A stretch of 52,159 nt of DNA from Limisphaerales bacterium. GTDB taxonomy: Bacteria; Verrucomicrobiota; Verrucomicrobiia; Limisphaerales; SIBE01. Positions within the stretch are counted from its first letter, which is position 1, and each line of letters starts with the position of its first letter. The notes under the pieces are model-generated. The model was not told the DNA's origin. It saw nothing but the letters and a program-made list of their open reading frames with translations, and ran no database searches. The stretch is from the NCBI GenBank assembly GCA_044225505.1, contig JBGAIN010000040.1, positions 1 to 52,159 on the forward strand, read 5' to 3'. Shown in pieces: positions 19,035-28,980 of the stretch. The translations under genes were made by a program, and so were the position numbers.

Positions 19035-20030
19035 ATGAACATCCGGATAGGCATCGCGTTGGGAGATGTGACCGGGATCGGGCCGGAGGTCACGTTGAAA
19101 GCCTTGGCTACCATGGCAAAGGACCATGGGACGGAGTATGTTCTAATCGGGGATGTCTCTCGCCTTCGAACCTTGAACCAGAAGCTGACCGCGCCATTGC
19201 CGCTCCACTTCAGCAGTGCAGCCGAGGGAAGTCGTTTTGTCGTCCATGATCCGTTGGCTGATACTTTACCTCGGGCATTGCTGCCCGGTGCTCCTCAAGC
19301 TGCCCAAGCGGCTCTGGCGTATCTTCGCTACGGGGCTGCGGAATGTCTGAGCGGTCGGTTGAGTGCGCTGGTCACAGCGCCGGTCAATAAAGAGGCCATT
19401 ATTCGCAGCGGCGAGCCTGAGTTCGTCGGGCAGACCGAGTTTCTCTCGCAGTTGGCCGGGACGACCCGGACCGCCATGATGCTCTTGGGCGAAGACGATC
19501 GATCACGGTGGCTTCGGGTCGCTTTGGTCACGACTCATCTGCCCATTCGCTCGGTTGCTTCCGCAATTACGCATTCAAAAGTTGAGCTCGCCATCGAGTT
19601 GGCTGCCCAGGCGTGCCGTGACCTCGATCTGCCCAAGGCTCGCGTGGCGGTCTGTGGGCTAAACCCTCATGCGGGAGAAGGTGGAAAGATCGGTTCGGAA
19701 GAGATCGATATTATTACTCCCGCGGTGCAGGCCGCCCGAGCGCGAGGCATCGATGTCAAGGGACCCTTCGCGGCGGACACCTTGTTTTATTATGCTTACC
19801 GGGGCGACTACGACGCGGTCGTCGCCATGTACCACGATCAAGGCTTGGTGCCATTGAAGATGATTGGATTTGAACGTGGGATCAATTGGACCTTAGGGTT
19901 GCCCTTTATCAGGACTTCTCCGGACCACGGGACTGCTTACGATATTGTCGGATCGGGCCGCGCTGATTCTTCGAGCATGCAGGCAGCCATCTCTTTGGCC
20001 GGGCAGCTTGCCAGTCGAAAGCCCAGATAG
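19035..20030 (+). CDS. pdxA: 4-hydroxythreonine-4-phosphate dehydrogenase
   Basis: GDVTGIGPE, VTAPVNK, GLNPHAGE, AMYHDQG, LPFIRTSPDHGTAYDI. Confidence 0.95.
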   Translation: MNIRIGIALGDVTGIGPEVTLKALATMAKDHGTEYVLIGDVSRLRTLNQKLTAPLPLHFSSAAEGSRFVVHDPLADTLPRALLPGAPQAAQAALAYLRYGAAECLSGRLSALVTAPVNKEAIIRSGEPEFVGQTEFLSQLAGTTRTAMMLLGEDDRSRWLRVALVTTHLPIRSVASAITHSKVELAIELAAQACRDLDLPKARVAVCGLNPHAGEGGKIGSEEIDIITPAVQAARARGIDVKGPFAADTLFYYAYRGDYDAVVAMYHDQGLVPLKMIGFERGINWTLGLPFIRTSPDHGTAYDIVGSGRADSSSMQAAISLAGQLASRKPR

Positions 20031-20136
20031 AGAGGGCCACGTCTTCCACTCCGGAGCGCCAATACTCTGCGGCTTTCCCCGAATCTCTTTTCTGCCTATC
20101 GACAAGCGATAAGCAATGGCAGGAAGCGAGGAACGA

Positions 20137-21003
20137 TCACTTTTTCAGCAGGCCTTGCACGCCCAGCCACTCGTGAAATCGTTCGATCCACTGGTCCGAG
20201 GGGAGATTCTGTTTGCGCATGCCGAATCCGTGGCCTCCCTTGGATAGAAGGTGGAGTTCGGCGGATTTTCCGGCAGCGGTCCAATCCTGGTAAAGGCGTA
20301 CGCTGTGGGGCGCCAACCCGAGCGGGTCGTCCGTCGCGGCGAGAATGAACAACGGGCCGGCATCGGAGGGCACAGGTCCTTTGATCGACCAGTCGTATTG
20401 GAGATAAATCGGCGCTGCGAAGTCCGGTTTGCTTTCAGAAGCATGGTTGTAAGCGACCGATGCCGTGACCGTGCCGCCAGCGGAGAAGCCAATAATACCG
20501 ACGCGATCCGATTTCACGCCAAACTCCTGGGCATGTTTCCGAACATAAGCGACCGCTGCCTGACCGTCCGCCATGGCCAATCGCACGATCGGGGCCACGC
20601 TCTCGTCCAGGTTCCCTTTGGTCATCAGCTCTTTGGTGGGGTCATCGGTTTTGCACTCCACCAGCCGGTACTTTAGAACGAAGCATGCGAGCCCTTTCGC
20701 GGCCAGCCAACGCGCCACATCATTTCCCTCACTATCGATCGACAAAGCGTAAAATGCGCCGCCTGGACAGATCACCACCGCAGTGCCGACTGCCAGGGAA
20801 GGGTCTGGAAGAAACGCTGTCAGCGTTGGACTCACGACGTTGTAAACCACTGGCGTTAGCCATAGGTTGTTCCGATTCTCCGCTTCTTTTTGCTGCCATG
20901 ATTCCGAGCCCGGAGCGGGCCCGTCGTACAGCCTTATCACCTTGTCTTGAGCCGCCGCATGAAGGGAGATCAGAGAGACCATGATTACTGTGAAAATGCG
21001 CAT
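20137..21003 (-). CDS. Secreted alpha/beta hydrolase (carbohydrate esterase-like)
   Basis: Signal peptide, ICPGG oxyanion loop, LKYRL, GFSAGG nucleophile elbow, DD, GGHGFG. Confidence 0.88.
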   Translation of the reverse strand: MRIFTVIMVSLISLHAAAQDKVIRLYDGPAPGSESWQQKEAENRNNLWLTPVVYNVVSPTLTAFLPDPSLAVGTAVVICPGGAFYALSIDSEGNDVARWLAAKGLACFVLKYRLVECKTDDPTKELMTKGNLDESVAPIVRLAMADGQAAVAYVRKHAQEFGVKSDRVGIIGFSAGGTVTASVAYNHASESKPDFAAPIYLQYDWSIKGPVPSDAGPLFILAATDDPLGLAPHSVRLYQDWTAAGKSAELHLLSKGGHGFGMRKQNLPSDQWIERFHEWLGVQGLLKK

Positions 21004-21298
21004 GTGTGTCGCAGATTGTTGTCCGCAACTGGCTCCTCTCTGTCAAGCGTATCCACGGCTCCATTGGCGCGTGTGTGAAGAATTTCGGAATGAGGAGACA
21101 CCGCCTGGTTTACGGCCGCACGGTGAATTTCGAGCCGAAGGCAAGGTTATCCGCGCTTGGATCTTGCCCGAGCGGATCACTGCATTTCGCGTTCACCGCT
21201 GTATTGGAACGATCGGACCACGACGTTCCCGGCTTTTCCGTGAATTCCTCTCCTTTGAACAGGGTTGACTGGGTGCTTTCACCCAATCCCTGTTCGAT

Positions 21299-21353
21299 CT
21301 AACCGCACGCTAAACGCACGCTAAACGCACGCTAAACGCACGCTAAACGCACG
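21299..21353. repeat. 11 bp tandem repeat (CTAAACGCACG) x5
   Basis: Four perfect copies 21310-21353 plus one copy with a single mismatch (CTAACCGCACG) at 21299-21309. Confidence 0.95.
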
Positions 21354-21791
21354 TTTTCATGCGATTCACGTGGGTGTGCCTTGCCTAATGTCTTTATCGA
21401 GCGCCGAGACGGAGTGGAAATGAATTGCCGGTGCTTCACTCGGGATCGATGGCGTCTGCTGGCCCAGTCCGGGACGGTCGTGATCTCAGCCAGTTTGCGT
21501 CTGCGTGACGGACTGAAACCGACTGGCGACGACCGCATAAAATCGCCGTGAGCAACATCTCGTTGCGACGGTCTAAAGCGGGGAAGCTCCCGATTCATGC
21601 CGCTCTTAAGGGGCGTGAATTGGGGAGCTCGACGCGGTGGGTGTCTGGATGAGTAAGGCGAATGTGCACGCAGACGCACACTTTGCAACGCGGCGGCCCT
21701 TGGGTATTTTCGCGCGACCCTGATCTAGAAGCTGAGTAATAAGCGTTTGCAATCGAGACGTTGCACCGTAACCTATCAGCCCATTAGCGGC

Positions 21792-22751
21792 ATGCGACAA
21801 TTTGGCACTATAGCTAGAAATGCGTTCATGGAGTTGGTGCGCCAACCGGTGTTCCTTCTCTTGATGACGTTTTCAACGGGGTTTTCTGTGTTCCTCGCCT
21901 GCGTGCCGTACTTTGGGTTCGGCGAGGATCCGAAGCTGGTTAAGGACAGTGTCCTGGCTATTATGTTATTATCGGGTTTGTTCGGGGCGGTATTGAGCGC
22001 GTCGGCCTCAGTGGCTCATGAGATTCGATCTGGAACCGCGCTTGCCGTACTGGCCAAGCCGGTCGGTCGGGCGCAGTTTCTGTTGGCCAAGTATGCCGGG
22101 GTGGTGGGAGCGTTGGGGGTGTTGACATACGTTAATCTGCTGAGCGCTTTGTTAGCGAGCCGCATGGCCTTTGATGCCTACGGAGATACGGACACCAGGG
22201 CATTCTGGATTTTCTGCGCGGCCTTGGGCTTTGCCTACGGGTTGGGAGGGTTCACGAATTACTTCCTGCGACGGCCGTTTGTGGCCGACGCTGCGTTTTT
22301 TGCGGTGGCGATGATCACGGTCAGCTTTGTATTCATCAATTTTATCGACAAAGAAGGAGCGTGGCAGACGTTTGCAAAGGGTGTGGATTGGCGATTGATC
22401 CCGGCAGCGATCCTGATTTTCTTTGCTCTGGCCATTCTCGCGGGGGTGGCGCTGGCTTGTTCCACCCGGTGGGAGATGGTGCCCACCTTAGCGATGTGCT
22501 CAGCCGTCTTCTTGCTGGGCCTGATGTCAGACTATCTGTTTGGGCGTCCGGCCGAAGCCGGATCCTGGTGGGCGTCCATTCTTTACACGTTGGTTCCGAA
22601 CTGGCAGCTTTTCTGGCTCTCAGACGCGTTGGACAGCCAGAAATCGATTCCCTGGAGTTATGTAGGGCAGGCGTCAGCTTACGTGGTGGGTTACTTAGGC
22701 GCATCTCTGGCGGTGGCGCTGTTGTTGTTTGAGGATCGAGAATTGACTTGA
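21792..22751 (+). CDS. ABC-2-type transporter permease (PilI/XapB-like)
   Basis: TIARNAFMELVRQP, EIRSGTALAVLAKPVGRAQFLLAKYAG, C-terminal FEDREL; multiple TMs; ATG 21792 preferred over TTG 21747. Confidence 0.85.
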   Translation: MRQFGTIARNAFMELVRQPVFLLLMTFSTGFSVFLACVPYFGFGEDPKLVKDSVLAIMLLSGLFGAVLSASASVAHEIRSGTALAVLAKPVGRAQFLLAKYAGVVGALGVLTYVNLLSALLASRMAFDAYGDTDTRAFWIFCAALGFAYGLGGFTNYFLRRPFVADAAFFAVAMITVSFVFINFIDKEGAWQTFAKGVDWRLIPAAILIFFALAILAGVALACSTRWEMVPTLAMCSAVFLLGLMSDYLFGRPAEAGSWWASILYTLVPNWQLFWLSDALDSQKSIPWSYVGQASAYVVGYLGASLAVALLLFEDRELT

Positions 22752-22759
22752 AGAGTCCC

Positions 22760-24634
22760 ATGGAACGGAACATCAAGAAAATCGGTTTTGTAAACCTGAT
22801 TGTCCTGCTGGGCGTGGGCGTCGCGAGCTTGCTGGTCGCGCGTTATACGAACTCCTTGGCCGGGCAGGCAGGGACTGTCTACATGGGGTTGGGCTTTCTG
22901 GTGATTGCCATCGGCTATTTCCAGATGCGCCTAGAAGAGACGGAGCGCTTAGAGCGGTTGGAGTTTGACGAGCTGAACAAGACGGCAGGGACCGCAAGTT
23001 TGTTCAACACCGCCGAGACGGAGGTGTTCCCTGCGAAACGTTCTCGGGAACAATTCGAACGGTACTTCGTCCCAGGCTTTACCGTTCTGTTGTTCGGGTT
23101 GCAGGCAGGAGGTGCTTATCTGTTGTGGAAATGGTTGAGCAAATTAACCCCCGGTCCGTTGAACCAACCGACACTCGCCATGTCGCTGTTTGGACTCTTT
23201 GCCTTGACGCTGTTTCTTTTGGGGAAGTATGCGGTCGGTCTGACGCGCCTCAAGGAGGCGCGTTTGCTTCGGCCTGGCGCCAGTTATTTGCTGCTCGGGG
23301 CTTATGTGTGTTTTGTGATCACCGGGTGCATTGCTGCCGTTGTCCTTGGATTTCCGCGAGTGGATTATTATGCCGCGCAGGCGTTGCTCGGCGTCCTCGG
23401 ATTGGTGGCAGCCGAGACCCTAATCAACTTGATCCTGGAGATCTACCGGCCGCGCGTGGCTGGAAAAGTGGGGCGGGTGTTGTATGACAGTCGGTTGGTC
23501 GGTCTTCTGGCGGAGCCGGAAGGGCTTTTTACCACGGCCGCCCATGCCTTGGACTACCAGTTCGGCTTCAAAGTATCGGAAACTTGGTTTTATCGATTTC
23601 TGCAAAAAGCCTTGGTGTGGCTCGTCTTGATGCAAGTCTCGGTGCTTTTCCTATCCACGTCATTCGTGTTTGTCAGTCCTGGGGATCAGGGTTTATTGGA
23701 ACGTTTCGGACGGCCGGTGGCGGATGGGCGCGTGCTTGAGCCAGGCCTGCATTTGAAACTCCCCTGGCCGATCGACCAAGTCCACCGCTTCCGCACCCGC
23801 GAGATTCAAAGCTTCAATGTGGGTTTTGTTCCGGATGAAGATGAAGCGCACGAGCACGCGGTGCTCTGGACGGGAAAACATTACAAAGAGGAGGCGAACT
23901 GGTTGATCGCCAGCCGGCAGACCCGATCGCTCATCGGAACGAACGAAGCCAGCGCGGATCGCGGGATTCCAGCGGACTTGATCAATGTGAGTGTTCCCGT
24001 TCAATTTCAAATTAAAGACCTGCAAGCCTGGGCTTATAATCATACCGATGCGGCCAAACTTTTGGAGCGCGTGGCAACTCGCGAAGTGGTGCGATATCTC
24101 GCGGGTCGTGATTTGCTGGAACTGATGGCGACCGGGCGTACGGAAGCGGCCGAGGAGCTAAACAACGAATCCAGCAGCAAAAACACCAATTTCGATTGGG
24201 TGTCCGAGGTGTGGTTCCGTCGGCTTGCAGGATTTGCACTCCGCCCGCGAAGGCCGTTCGAAGTTCAGAGGAATCCCCTGGCCACCTTCAGAAAACATAA
24301 AGTCTACGATGCGGAAGGCTATCTAAGCAAACAGTGCCTGCTGGGCGCCGATGCCGAACGAAAGTTGAATGAGTCGCACGCTTACAGCAATCGGAAGATT
24401 CTGACGGCGGTGGCGGAGGCGGGGCAATTCACCAATCAGATGACGGCTTATCAATCGTCGCCGCGAGTCTACGCTGAGCGCGCTTACTTGTTAGCCATGG
24501 AACGGGGCATGACCAACTCTCGCAAATACGTGATGGCGACGACCAATACCCACGATATTCTCCAGTTTAACCTGGAGGACAAGCTGCGTGGTGAACTGAT
24601 CAATGACATCACCATGCCCTCTTCCCGGAAGTAA
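22760..24634 (+). CDS. SPFH-domain HflK-like protein with polytopic N-terminal membrane domain
   Basis: About 300 aa of hydrophobic helices, then ERFGRP..LEPGLHLKLPWPID SPFH start, VPVQFQIKD, AEAGQF...Y..SPRVY tail; local frame disturbance near 24160-24350. Confidence 0.82.
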   Translation: MERNIKKIGFVNLIVLLGVGVASLLVARYTNSLAGQAGTVYMGLGFLVIAIGYFQMRLEETERLERLEFDELNKTAGTASLFNTAETEVFPAKRSREQFERYFVPGFTVLLFGLQAGGAYLLWKWLSKLTPGPLNQPTLAMSLFGLFALTLFLLGKYAVGLTRLKEARLLRPGASYLLLGAYVCFVITGCIAAVVLGFPRVDYYAAQALLGVLGLVAAETLINLILEIYRPRVAGKVGRVLYDSRLVGLLAEPEGLFTTAAHALDYQFGFKVSETWFYRFLQKALVWLVLMQVSVLFLSTSFVFVSPGDQGLLERFGRPVADGRVLEPGLHLKLPWPIDQVHRFRTREIQSFNVGFVPDEDEAHEHAVLWTGKHYKEEANWLIASRQTRSLIGTNEASADRGIPADLINVSVPVQFQIKDLQAWAYNHTDAAKLLERVATREVVRYLAGRDLLELMATGRTEAAEELNNESSSKNTNFDWVSEVWFRRLAGFALRPRRPFEVQRNPLATFRKHKVYDAEGYLSKQCLLGADAERKLNESHAYSNRKILTAVAEAGQFTNQMTAYQSSPRVYAERAYLLAMERGMTNSRKYVMATTNTHDILQFNLEDKLRGELINDITMPSSRK

Positions 24635-24653
24635 TTTGAGTTAGCATTGGACT

Positions 24654-25646
24654 ATGAAACGAAACTCCCTGACGATTCTCGTTGGCGCTCTGCTAATCCT
24701 GATTTTCGTCTTGTTGCTCTTCACTTTTCAAGTGCGGCAGACGGAGATCGCGCTTGTGACAACGTTTGACAAGCCGACCCGTTTCCTGGACGAGCCAGGC
24801 TTCAAATGGAAGTGGCCACCCCCAATTCAGAGCGTTTACAAATTCGACAAACGAATCCAAAGCTTTGATCAGGACAAAGTGGAAGAGACACTGACGCGCG
24901 ATAACTACAACCTCATTGTCCAGGTCTACGTTGGCTGGTCCATCAGCAAGCCGGATGTGTTTTTCAGCAGCTTCCGCGAGGGCACCGTGGCCGCCGCGCA
25001 GCCTGCCTTGGAGGCACTCATTCGACGCGCTAAATTAGAAGTCATCGGCAAACATCCATTCACGGACTTTGTCTCGACGGAAAAGAGCAGTCTGAAGTTC
25101 CCGGCGGTTGAACAGGAAATGCTCAACGCCATTCAGGCGTCGGCCCTAACCAACTATGGTGTGGACGTGAAGTTCCTGGGGATCAAGAAGCTCGGTTTGC
25201 CCGAGAGCGTTACCCAGAAGGTGTTCGATCGTATGATCGCGGAACGCCAGAAAGAGATCGATCGTCTCAAGAGCCAGGGGGATTACGAGGCCACGATCAT
25301 CCGCAGCGCTGCGGATGCCGAACGCGAGAACATCCGCACGAAGGCAGATGCGGAAGCGACCTTCATCAAGGGCCAGGCGGACGCGCAAGCCGCCAAATCA
25401 TACGCCGTCTTTGAGCAAAACCCAGATCTCGCAATCTTTCTTCGCAACCTGAAGGCCTTGGAAGAAGTGACGAAGGATCGCACGACCTTGATCCTCGATG
25501 AGCGGACGCGACCTTTCAATCTGCTGACGCGGCCGGTGACGAATGCGTTCCCTGCAGCGAGTAGCGGTCCTCTGACGAATGTGCTGATGAACGGCGCCAC
25601 GGGCGCTCTTGAAACTAATGTGACTGCGTCAAAAAGCACGCCATGA
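24654..25646 (+). CDS. hflC: SPFH-domain HflC-like protein
   Basis: N-terminal TM, EPGFKWKWP, FDKRI, VFDRMIAERQ..SQG..A..IRS.AD, A..I.G.ADA.AA..Y, FLRNL.AL. Confidence 0.82.
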   Translation: MKRNSLTILVGALLILIFVLLLFTFQVRQTEIALVTTFDKPTRFLDEPGFKWKWPPPIQSVYKFDKRIQSFDQDKVEETLTRDNYNLIVQVYVGWSISKPDVFFSSFREGTVAAAQPALEALIRRAKLEVIGKHPFTDFVSTEKSSLKFPAVEQEMLNAIQASALTNYGVDVKFLGIKKLGLPESVTQKVFDRMIAERQKEIDRLKSQGDYEATIIRSAADAERENIRTKADAEATFIKGQADAQAAKSYAVFEQNPDLAIFLRNLKALEEVTKDRTTLILDERTRPFNLLTRPVTNAFPAASSGPLTNVLMNGATGALETNVTASKSTP

Positions 25647-26764
25647 ATGGATCCCCGGACCAATTAAAACCCTCCGGGCCACCCCGGTCCGGTGGGAGTC
25701 CAACGCCTCCGGAAGCGATGATGCCGGAGGATGCTGGATCGCAGGCCTTATCGGACGCGTTGCGGAGCAGCTTCGCCATTGTCCGCGTGGTGATGGTGAT
25801 CTTGGTCGTTGTTTTTTTCGCCTCGGGCGTGTTTACCGTTCCGTCGCAAGAGAAGGCTATCGTCTTGCGCTTTGGAAAGCCCATCGGCGCAGGGGAAGAG
25901 CGTTTGCTCGGGCCGGGATTGCACTGGTCCTTTCCTTATCCGATCGATGAAATTGTGCGCATCCCGATCAGCCAGATTCAAACGGTCACGTCGACATCGG
26001 GTTGGTATGCGACTACGCCGGAAATGGAACAAACAGGGACAGAGCCTGAAGCTGGACCTTCGTTGAACCCCGCCGCCGATGGATACGCGCTGACAGGTGA
26101 CGGCAACATCATTCACTTGAGGATGACGCTCCGCTATCGGGTGAACAATCCACTCAACTACACCCTGAACTTCGTGAACGCCACCAACGTCGTGCAGAAC
26201 GCGCTGGACAGCGCCCTAATCCACTCGGCAGCTCAGTTCAATGTCGATGAGGCGTTGCGATTGGCCGTGGTGGAACTGAAGGAGAAGGTCCTCGCCCGTG
26301 TCCGACAATTAGTAGAGGAGCAAGGGCTTGGCATCTCTATCGAGGACGCCTACCTACAGACCATCCCGCCGCGATATGTGCGCAAGGCCTTCGCCGATGT
26401 AATCGCCGCCGATCAAGACCGGGGTAAAACTGTGAACGAAGCTCAAGCTTATGCTAACCGCCTGCGGAATAGCGCGGCTGGGGAAGCTAAAACATTGGTA
26501 AACCTGGGGAAGAGCGAGGGGGAGCGTCTCGTGCAGGGGGTCGCTGCCGATGCTCAATACTTTACCGATCAGCTACCCCACTATCAACGGGACCCGAACC
26601 TTTTCATGGCGAGGTTGCAGACCGAGTATTTGCAGCGCATCTTGACTAACGCGCAGGACAAAATCCTGCGGCTGGACGGGAGCGAACGGCCCATGTGGAT
26701 CCAGTTGAACCGGGAGCCCGTCAAGCCCGGCGGAGCGCAACCGCAACCGGGCCCATCGCGTTGA
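25643..26764 (+). CDS. hflK: SPFH-domain HflK-like protein
   Basis: SGVFTV..EKAIVLRFGK, GPGLHWSFPYPID, LTGDGNII, PP..V..AF.DV..A.Q, EAQAYAN; ATGA overlap with the hflC-like gene. Confidence 0.82.
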   Translation: MNGSPDQLKPSGPPRSGGSPTPPEAMMPEDAGSQALSDALRSSFAIVRVVMVILVVVFFASGVFTVPSQEKAIVLRFGKPIGAGEERLLGPGLHWSFPYPIDEIVRIPISQIQTVTSTSGWYATTPEMEQTGTEPEAGPSLNPAADGYALTGDGNIIHLRMTLRYRVNNPLNYTLNFVNATNVVQNALDSALIHSAAQFNVDEALRLAVVELKEKVLARVRQLVEEQGLGISIEDAYLQTIPPRYVRKAFADVIAADQDRGKTVNEAQAYANRLRNSAAGEAKTLVNLGKSEGERLVQGVAADAQYFTDQLPHYQRDPNLFMARLQTEYLQRILTNAQDKILRLDGSERPMWIQLNREPVKPGGAQPQPGPSR

Positions 26765-26805
26765 GTGGCCTGGGAAACCCGTTAAGATTTCGAGCGTAAC
26801 GACCT

Positions 26806-28884
26806 ATGCAAGTGACGTCACTGTTAAGCCGAGAAGGAGGCGACTCTCATTCGCATCCGCATGATCACGGGCATGACCATCCTCACGACCACTCCCACCC
26901 GGAGGACTGTGACAGCTGTGGCCATGATCATGAGCACACGCCCGTGCGGCTTCCCCAGACGTTGATCGGTTTGATCTTCGTCTTAAACGCGTTCTTCGTC
27001 GATTGGCTGTTTGATAAAGCGACGATGGTGGCAAGCTTTAGTGCGATGGTAGGGGCAGTCATCCTGGGCGCTCCAATTGTTTGGACTTCATTTAAAGATA
27101 TACGTCGAGGGATCTTAAGCATTAATGAACTCGTCGGTATCGCGGTTTTAGCCGCTTTCGCTTCCGGGGATTACAAGACTGCGGGTCTCGTCGCCTTCTT
27201 CATGTTGATGGGAGAAATTATCGAGACTCGCACCGCTGCGGGTGCTCGTGCCTCGATCGAGTCTTTGATTAAACTCACTCCCACCAAAGCCCGTCGTCTT
27301 TTGGCCGGGAACAAGGAGGAGGAAGTGGCCGCGAAGGACCTCGGGATCGGGGACATCATTCGCGTCCGACCTGGGGATAACGTTGCTGCGGACGGCGTGA
27401 TTGTCACGGGACAAGGATCGTTTAATCAGGCGAACATCACAGGTGAATCGCTTCCGGTCGACAAAAAGCCGGGAGATGAAGTGTTTGCCGGAACGCAAAA
27501 CTTGACTGGGGTCCTTGAAATTCGCGTCAACCGCGCGGGCCAGGACACAACCCTTGGTCGCGTGCGCGAACTGATCTTGGCCGCCGAGAAAACGCGATTG
27601 CCCATCATGCGGATCGTGGACCAGTACATGGTTTACTACACCCCGTTGGTGCTGGTGATCGGAGCACTCGTGTGGGCTTTTACGCACAACCTAAACAACG
27701 TGATTTCCGTCCTGGTCGTGGCGTGTCCCTGTGCATTCATTTTGGCAACGCCGACGGCGATGGTCGCCGCTCTTTCCGCGGCAGCGCGTTTGGGAATCTT
27801 GATCAAGAACGTTGGGGATATCGAGGCCGCGGCGCGCATCAATGCCTTCATCTTCGACAAGACCGGAACGTTGACCACCGGCAAGCTCAGTGTTAGCCGC
27901 TTGGCTCCCCTGGATGGGGCGACACCCGCGGAATTGCTGCGCGTCGCAGCTGCGGCAGAAAAATACAGTAATCATCCCACGGCGAAAGCCTTGGCGGCCT
28001 TGGCCCAGGAAGCAGGAATTACACTGCCGGAACCTAAAGATTTTACCGAAACCGCAGGGCGCGGAATTAAGGCGAGCGTCGAAGGGATTTCCGTGGTGGT
28101 TGGGCGTGCACAGTGGCTTCGCGATAATGGCGTTAAAGAAGATTTTGCGCAGTCCGTCGACCTGAATGAGACCGAGGGATTCAGTCTGATCTTTGTTGGG
28201 CGAAACGGGCGGTGCATGGGATGGATTGGGCTCCAGGACGAAATCCGCGCGGAAGCACGGGAATCATTGGCGGAATTAACCGCTAGTGGCGTCCGACGAA
28301 TTGCGATGGTCACGGGTGACCGGCAGCCCGTGGCGGCGCGTGTGGCGCGTGAGATCGGGTGCGAAGAAGTGGTGGCGGAATGCTTGCCACAAAACAAAGT
28401 CGATTATGTCCGTCAGATAAAGGCCCGCGGATATCGAGTGGCGGTCGTTGGTGATGGCGTGAATGACGCACCCATGTTGGCCGCTGGCGAACTTGGAATC
28501 GCAATGGGGGCAGCCGGAAGTGAAGTTGCCATTCATAGCGCGACCGTCGCTCTGATGAACAACGATTTGCGCCGGTTGCCATTCCTCGTCCGTTTATCTC
28601 GGAGCACTCGGAGCGTCATCAATCAGAATTTTCTATTTGGGGTCTTTTTTATTGTGGGCGGGTTGACGGCTGCGGCGTTGGGATATTTGAACCCGATTGT
28701 GGCCGCGATCATGCATAATCTGGGTTCCTTGATCGTGGTGTTTAATAGTGCCCGTTTGGTGCGCTACGGCGAAGAACTCGAGCCGTTCCAAGCTCAAGGC
28801 GCTTTAACAACGCCACCGACGGCGGGTCCAGGCTCGACCGAGAAGTCTCGCCCGGTCGCTCCTCTAACTCCTAAATTGGCCTAA
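26806..28884 (+). CDS. Heavy-metal-translocating P1B-type ATPase with His-rich N-terminus
   Basis: ITGESLPV actuator, ACPCAFILATP, DKTGTLT, SNHP, TGD, GDGVNDAP; N-terminal HSHPHDHGHDHPHDHSHPEDCDSCGHDHEH. Confidence 0.95.
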   Translation: MQVTSLLSREGGDSHSHPHDHGHDHPHDHSHPEDCDSCGHDHEHTPVRLPQTLIGLIFVLNAFFVDWLFDKATMVASFSAMVGAVILGAPIVWTSFKDIRRGILSINELVGIAVLAAFASGDYKTAGLVAFFMLMGEIIETRTAAGARASIESLIKLTPTKARRLLAGNKEEEVAAKDLGIGDIIRVRPGDNVAADGVIVTGQGSFNQANITGESLPVDKKPGDEVFAGTQNLTGVLEIRVNRAGQDTTLGRVRELILAAEKTRLPIMRIVDQYMVYYTPLVLVIGALVWAFTHNLNNVISVLVVACPCAFILATPTAMVAALSAAARLGILIKNVGDIEAAARINAFIFDKTGTLTTGKLSVSRLAPLDGATPAELLRVAAAAEKYSNHPTAKALAALAQEAGITLPEPKDFTETAGRGIKASVEGISVVVGRAQWLRDNGVKEDFAQSVDLNETEGFSLIFVGRNGRCMGWIGLQDEIRAEARESLAELTASGVRRIAMVTGDRQPVAARVAREIGCEEVVAECLPQNKVDYVRQIKARGYRVAVVGDGVNDAPMLAAGELGIAMGAAGSEVAIHSATVALMNNDLRRLPFLVRLSRSTRSVINQNFLFGVFFIVGGLTAAALGYLNPIVAAIMHNLGSLIVVFNSARLVRYGEELEPFQAQGALTTPPTAGPGSTEKSRPVAPLTPKLA

Positions 28885-28980
28885 CTATGCCGTTGCCCCC
28901 TTCTCCCGATGTGCCGCGCGCCGGCCGGAACTCGAGGGTGCTGCCGACCTATTCTGCTCCGTTTTTTTCGCCTTAATGTT

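Noticed and set aside
21299..21353. CRISPR array
   Set aside because: Direct tandem 11-mers with no spacers and no cas genes
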